Below, piece after piece: positions 59,299-64,000 of a stretch of 64,000 nt of DNA. A program made the position numbers and the translations under genes. Position 1 is the stretch's first letter, and each line of letters opens with the position of its first letter. The notes under the pieces are model-generated. The model saw nothing but the letters and a program-made list of their open reading frames with translations, had not been told where the DNA came from and searched no databases. The stretch lies in the NCBI RefSeq assembly GCF_054482525.1, contig NZ_CM137006.1, one strand, 5' to 3'.

Positions 59299-59933
59299 CA
59301 GATGTCAACTTTCTCTTTGTATTCACAAAGATCTTCAATAATACAAGAGCCACAGCGGGGCTTGCGGGCAATACAGGTATAACGCCCGTGTAGGATCAAC
59401 CAATGGTGGCAGTCGACTTTAAACTCTGCCGGAACCACTTTCAGTAGCTTTTCTTCTACCTGTTCGACGTTTTTCCCCGGCGCAAATTGAGTACGATTAC
59501 AAACGCGGAAAATGTGCGTGTCGACAGCAATAGTCGGCCAGCCGAATGCAGTGTTTAATACGACGTTGGCTGTTTTACGACCTACACCAGGCAGGGCTTC
59601 AAGCGCAGCACGATCTTCCGGAACCTCGCCATTATGCTGTTCCAGTAAGATACGGCAGGTTTTGATGATATTTTCTGCTTTGCTGTTATAAAGCCCAATG
59701 GTTTTGATATAGGTTTTCACCCCTTCGACGCCCAGTTCAAGCATCGCTGCAGGTGTATTAGCCACCGGGTAGAGTTTCGCCGTCGCCTTATTAACACTGA
59801 CATCGGTCGCCTGAGCGGAAAGCAGTACGGCAATCAGCAATTCAAAAGGCGAACTGAAATTAAGCTCGGTGGTGGGATGAGGATTGTTCTCACGCAGGCG
59901 AGTGAGGATCTCCAGGCGTTTTGCTTTGTTCAT
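59298..59933 (-). CDS. nth: Endonuclease III (DNA glycosylase / AP lyase, 4Fe-4S), 211 aa
   Basis: HhH motif and C-terminal Cx6Cx2Cx5C cluster; last gene of the rsx-nth operon. Confidence 0.95.
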   Translation of the reverse strand: MNKAKRLEILTRLRENNPHPTTELNFSSPFELLIAVLLSAQATDVSVNKATAKLYPVANTPAAMLELGVEGVKTYIKTIGLYNSKAENIIKTCRILLEQHNGEVPEDRAALEALPGVGRKTANVVLNTAFGWPTIAVDTHIFRVCNRTQFAPGKNVEQVEEKLLKVVPAEFKVDCHHWLILHGRYTCIARKPRCGSCIIEDLCEYKEKVDI

Positions 59934-60628
59934 CAGACATTCCCTGTTTCACCGTTTGGCAATGCACGTTCGGCAGCTGCTTCAGTACGGCGCTTTTTCA
60001 TTCTTTCATCAATCAGGTATTTCCCTGCCAGCATCAGTCCCAGGCCAATAAATGCACCTGGTGGCAGCATCGCCAGCAGGAAAGGGGAGTCGGTGTGGAA
60101 AATTTCCACGCGTAATACTTTTGCCCAGCTACCTAACAACGCATCTGCACCGTCAAACAACGTGCCATTGCCGATAATTTCGCGTAGTGAACCCAGCACG
60201 AACATGGCGCAGGTTGCGCCCATACCAATTGAAAAGCCGTCCAGTGCCGAAAGCGCCGGACCTTTTTTGGCGGCGAAGGCTTCAGCGCGGCCCACAACGA
60301 TACAGTTAGTGACAATCAGCGGAATAAAAATCCCTAATGATTGATACAGGCCAAAGGCGTAGGCGTTGATCAGCATCTGTACAGCGCTGACCACCGAGGC
60401 GATGATCATCACGTAAATGGGAATGCGGATCTCGGCTGGCGTCCAGTGACGCAGCGTCGAAATGGTCAGGTTGGTCAGCGTCAGTACCAGCGTAGTCGCA
60501 AGTCCTAAACCCAGGGCGTTGGTGGCAGTGGACGTGACCGCCAGCAGCGGACAAAGGCCGAGCAACTGGACCAGCGCAGAGTTGTTTTTCCACAACCCCT
60601 GAACAATAACGTCTTTAATTTCGCTCAC
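59933..60628 (-). CDS. rsxE: Rnf/Rsx electron transport complex subunit E, 231 aa
   Basis: Polytopic membrane ORF; order rsxC-D-G-E-nth. Confidence 0.93.
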
Positions 60629-60631
60629 GCT

Positions 60632-61252
60632 TTATTCTCCACAGGCAGGAAGTTGAGAAAGTTGTGCCGGTAACGTCTGAGCGTACAATCCGGCGCGTTT
60701 TACCGCATTTACCACCGCGCGCGGAGTAATCGTCGCGCCGGTGAACTGGTCGAAATCACCACCATCTTTCTTCACCGCCCAGTGCGCATCATCCGCACCA
60801 CTGATTTTTTTACCCGCAAAATGGGTAATCCAGTCAGAAAGGCGCAGTTCGATTTTATCGCCAAGCCCTGGCGTTTCGTGGTGCTCTGTCACGCGCGTGC
60901 CAAGTACCGTGCCGTTAAAATCGGCTCCCACCAGCAGCTGAATCGCACCAGAATAGCCATCTGGCGCGGTTGCTTCCAGAACGGCGGCTACAGGTTTGTC
61001 ATCCTGTTTGGCGATGTAAACCCGATGCTCACCTTTACCTAACTCTGGCGCAGTGACCAGATAGCAACTCTGTGCCAGCGCATTGTTATAGCGTTCGGCT
61101 GGCAGCACCTGATCAAATAACGCCTTTTGTTGCAGACTGGCCTGTTCAGCAATTGTCGTTTTGGTCATCTGGTTGATGGCCGCAGTTAACCCTGTAGAAC
61201 CCGCTGCAAATAGTGCCAGTGTAATGCCGTGTTTTCGGATAGTTTTCAGCAT
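60632..61252 (-). CDS. rsxG: Rnf/Rsx electron transport complex subunit G (FMN-binding), 206 aa
   Basis: 206-aa ORF with N-terminal anchor; operon position. Confidence 0.93.
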   Translation of the reverse strand: MLKTIRKHGITLALFAAGSTGLTAAINQMTKTTIAEQASLQQKALFDQVLPAERYNNALAQSCYLVTAPELGKGEHRVYIAKQDDKPVAAVLEATAPDGYSGAIQLLVGADFNGTVLGTRVTEHHETPGLGDKIELRLSDWITHFAGKKISGADDAHWAVKKDGGDFDQFTGATITPRAVVNAVKRAGLYAQTLPAQLSQLPACGE

Positions 61253-61255
61253 GGT

Positions 61256-62314
61256 TTACCCTTTGCGATGGCCGTAGACGCGCGGACGCGTGTAGTAATC
61301 GATCAGAGGAACCGTGATGTTCGCCAGCAGGACGGCAAAAGCCACGCCGTCAGGATAGCCGCCGAAACTGCGGATCAACCAGACTAATAAACCCGCCAGC
61401 GCGCCGAAAATAAGACGACCACGATTGGTCGTAGAAGCAGTAACCGGGTCAGTCAAAATAAAGAATGCGCCGAGCATAGTCGCACCAGACAGCAGATGAA
61501 TTTGCGGTGATGCCAGTGTTTCTGGTGAGAACAACCAGCCCAACGTTGCGCATAACGCCAGCGTTACTAAGAAGCTGAGGGGAATATGCCAGTGAATCGC
61601 TTTCTGCCACAGCAACCATACGCCGCCAGCCAGCCAGGCGAGATTTACCCATTGCCAACCAGCGCCCGCCAGCATACCGCTGTAGATCGGATATTGCATA
61701 ATCTGTTCAACCGAATGACCTGCGCGGACAGAGGTTTTGAATGTATCCAGCGGTGTCGCCTGACTAATGCCATCAATACCTAAGCGTAGCGTGTTCATAT
61801 CACCACCACTGGCGGTATGACCGCTGAAAATAACCTGTATGGCGTCGATAAAACCAGGGATGTTGACCGCAATTTCATGTGGCGGTAACCAGCTGGTCAT
61901 CTGCACCGGGAAGGAGATCAGTAAGACCACATAACCAATCATTGCCGGATTAAACGGGTTTTGCCCCAGACCGCCATACAACTGTTTAGCGATGATCACC
62001 GCAAACACCGTACCCAGCACGACCATCCACCATGGCGCGAGGGGGGGAATACTTACCGCCAGCAATAAGCCTGTCAGCAATGCTGAGTTATCTTTCAACG
62101 TTGCGGCTACCGACTGCTTGCGTAGTTTGAGTACGAGAGCTTCGGCTAACAGAGCACTGACCGACGCCAACAGGATCTGAACGAGAGTACCCCAACCAAA
62201 AAACCACAGTTGCGCTGCGATTCCTGGCACGGCTGCGAGCAACACCAACAGCATAATGCGCGATGTCTGGCGCTGGTTATGGGTATAAGGGGAGCTAGCT
62301 ATTCTGAATACCAT
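61256..62314 (-). CDS. rsxD: Rnf/Rsx electron transport complex subunit D, 352 aa
   Basis: 352-aa polytopic membrane ORF; operon position. Confidence 0.93.
   Translation of the reverse strand: MVFRIASSPYTHNQRQTSRIMLLVLLAAVPGIAAQLWFFGWGTLVQILLASVSALLAEALVLKLRKQSVAATLKDNSALLTGLLLAVSIPPLAPWWMVVLGTVFAVIIAKQLYGGLGQNPFNPAMIGYVVLLISFPVQMTSWLPPHEIAVNIPGFIDAIQVIFSGHTASGGDMNTLRLGIDGISQATPLDTFKTSVRAGHSVEQIMQYPIYSGMLAGAGWQWVNLAWLAGGVWLLWQKAIHWHIPLSFLVTLALCATLGWLFSPETLASPQIHLLSGATMLGAFFILTDPVTASTTNRGRLIFGALAGLLVWLIRSFGGYPDGVAFAVLLANITVPLIDYYTRPRVYGHRKG

Positions 62315-64000
<1,686 letters not shown>

Overview
This window reads as a contiguous stretch of Escherichia coli core chromosome, colinear with the K-12 rsxC–ydiK region but in reverse-complement orientation. 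Every six-frame ORF of meaningful length is accounted for by a recognisable core gene: the rsx cluster and nth, dtpA, gstA, pdxY, tyrS, pdxH, mliC, anmK, slyB/slyA, ydhIJK, sodC, ydhF, ydhL, nemRA-gloA, rnt-lhr, grxD, mepH, sodB, ydhP, ynhF, purR, punRC, cfa, ribC, mdtK, ydhQ, two tRNA-Val, ydhR, ydhS, ydhYVWXUT, fumD, pykF, lpp, ldtE, sufABCDSE, ydiH, menI, ydiJ, ydiK and the sRNA rprA. Gene identities come from recognising the translated products and their order; no database search was run. I see no integrase, transposase, CRISPR array, phage module or defence-type gene cluster. The only part that does not look like core backbone is the left edge (about 1–960): an AT-rich segment carrying one 205-aa membrane-anchored ORF of unknown function, bounded by a terminator palindrome at the window boundary. 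If an undescribed system is associated with this window, that edge is the only candidate, and most of it would lie outside what is visible. The remaining findings are known-but-unresolved loci and sequence-level curiosities, listed separately with their bases.
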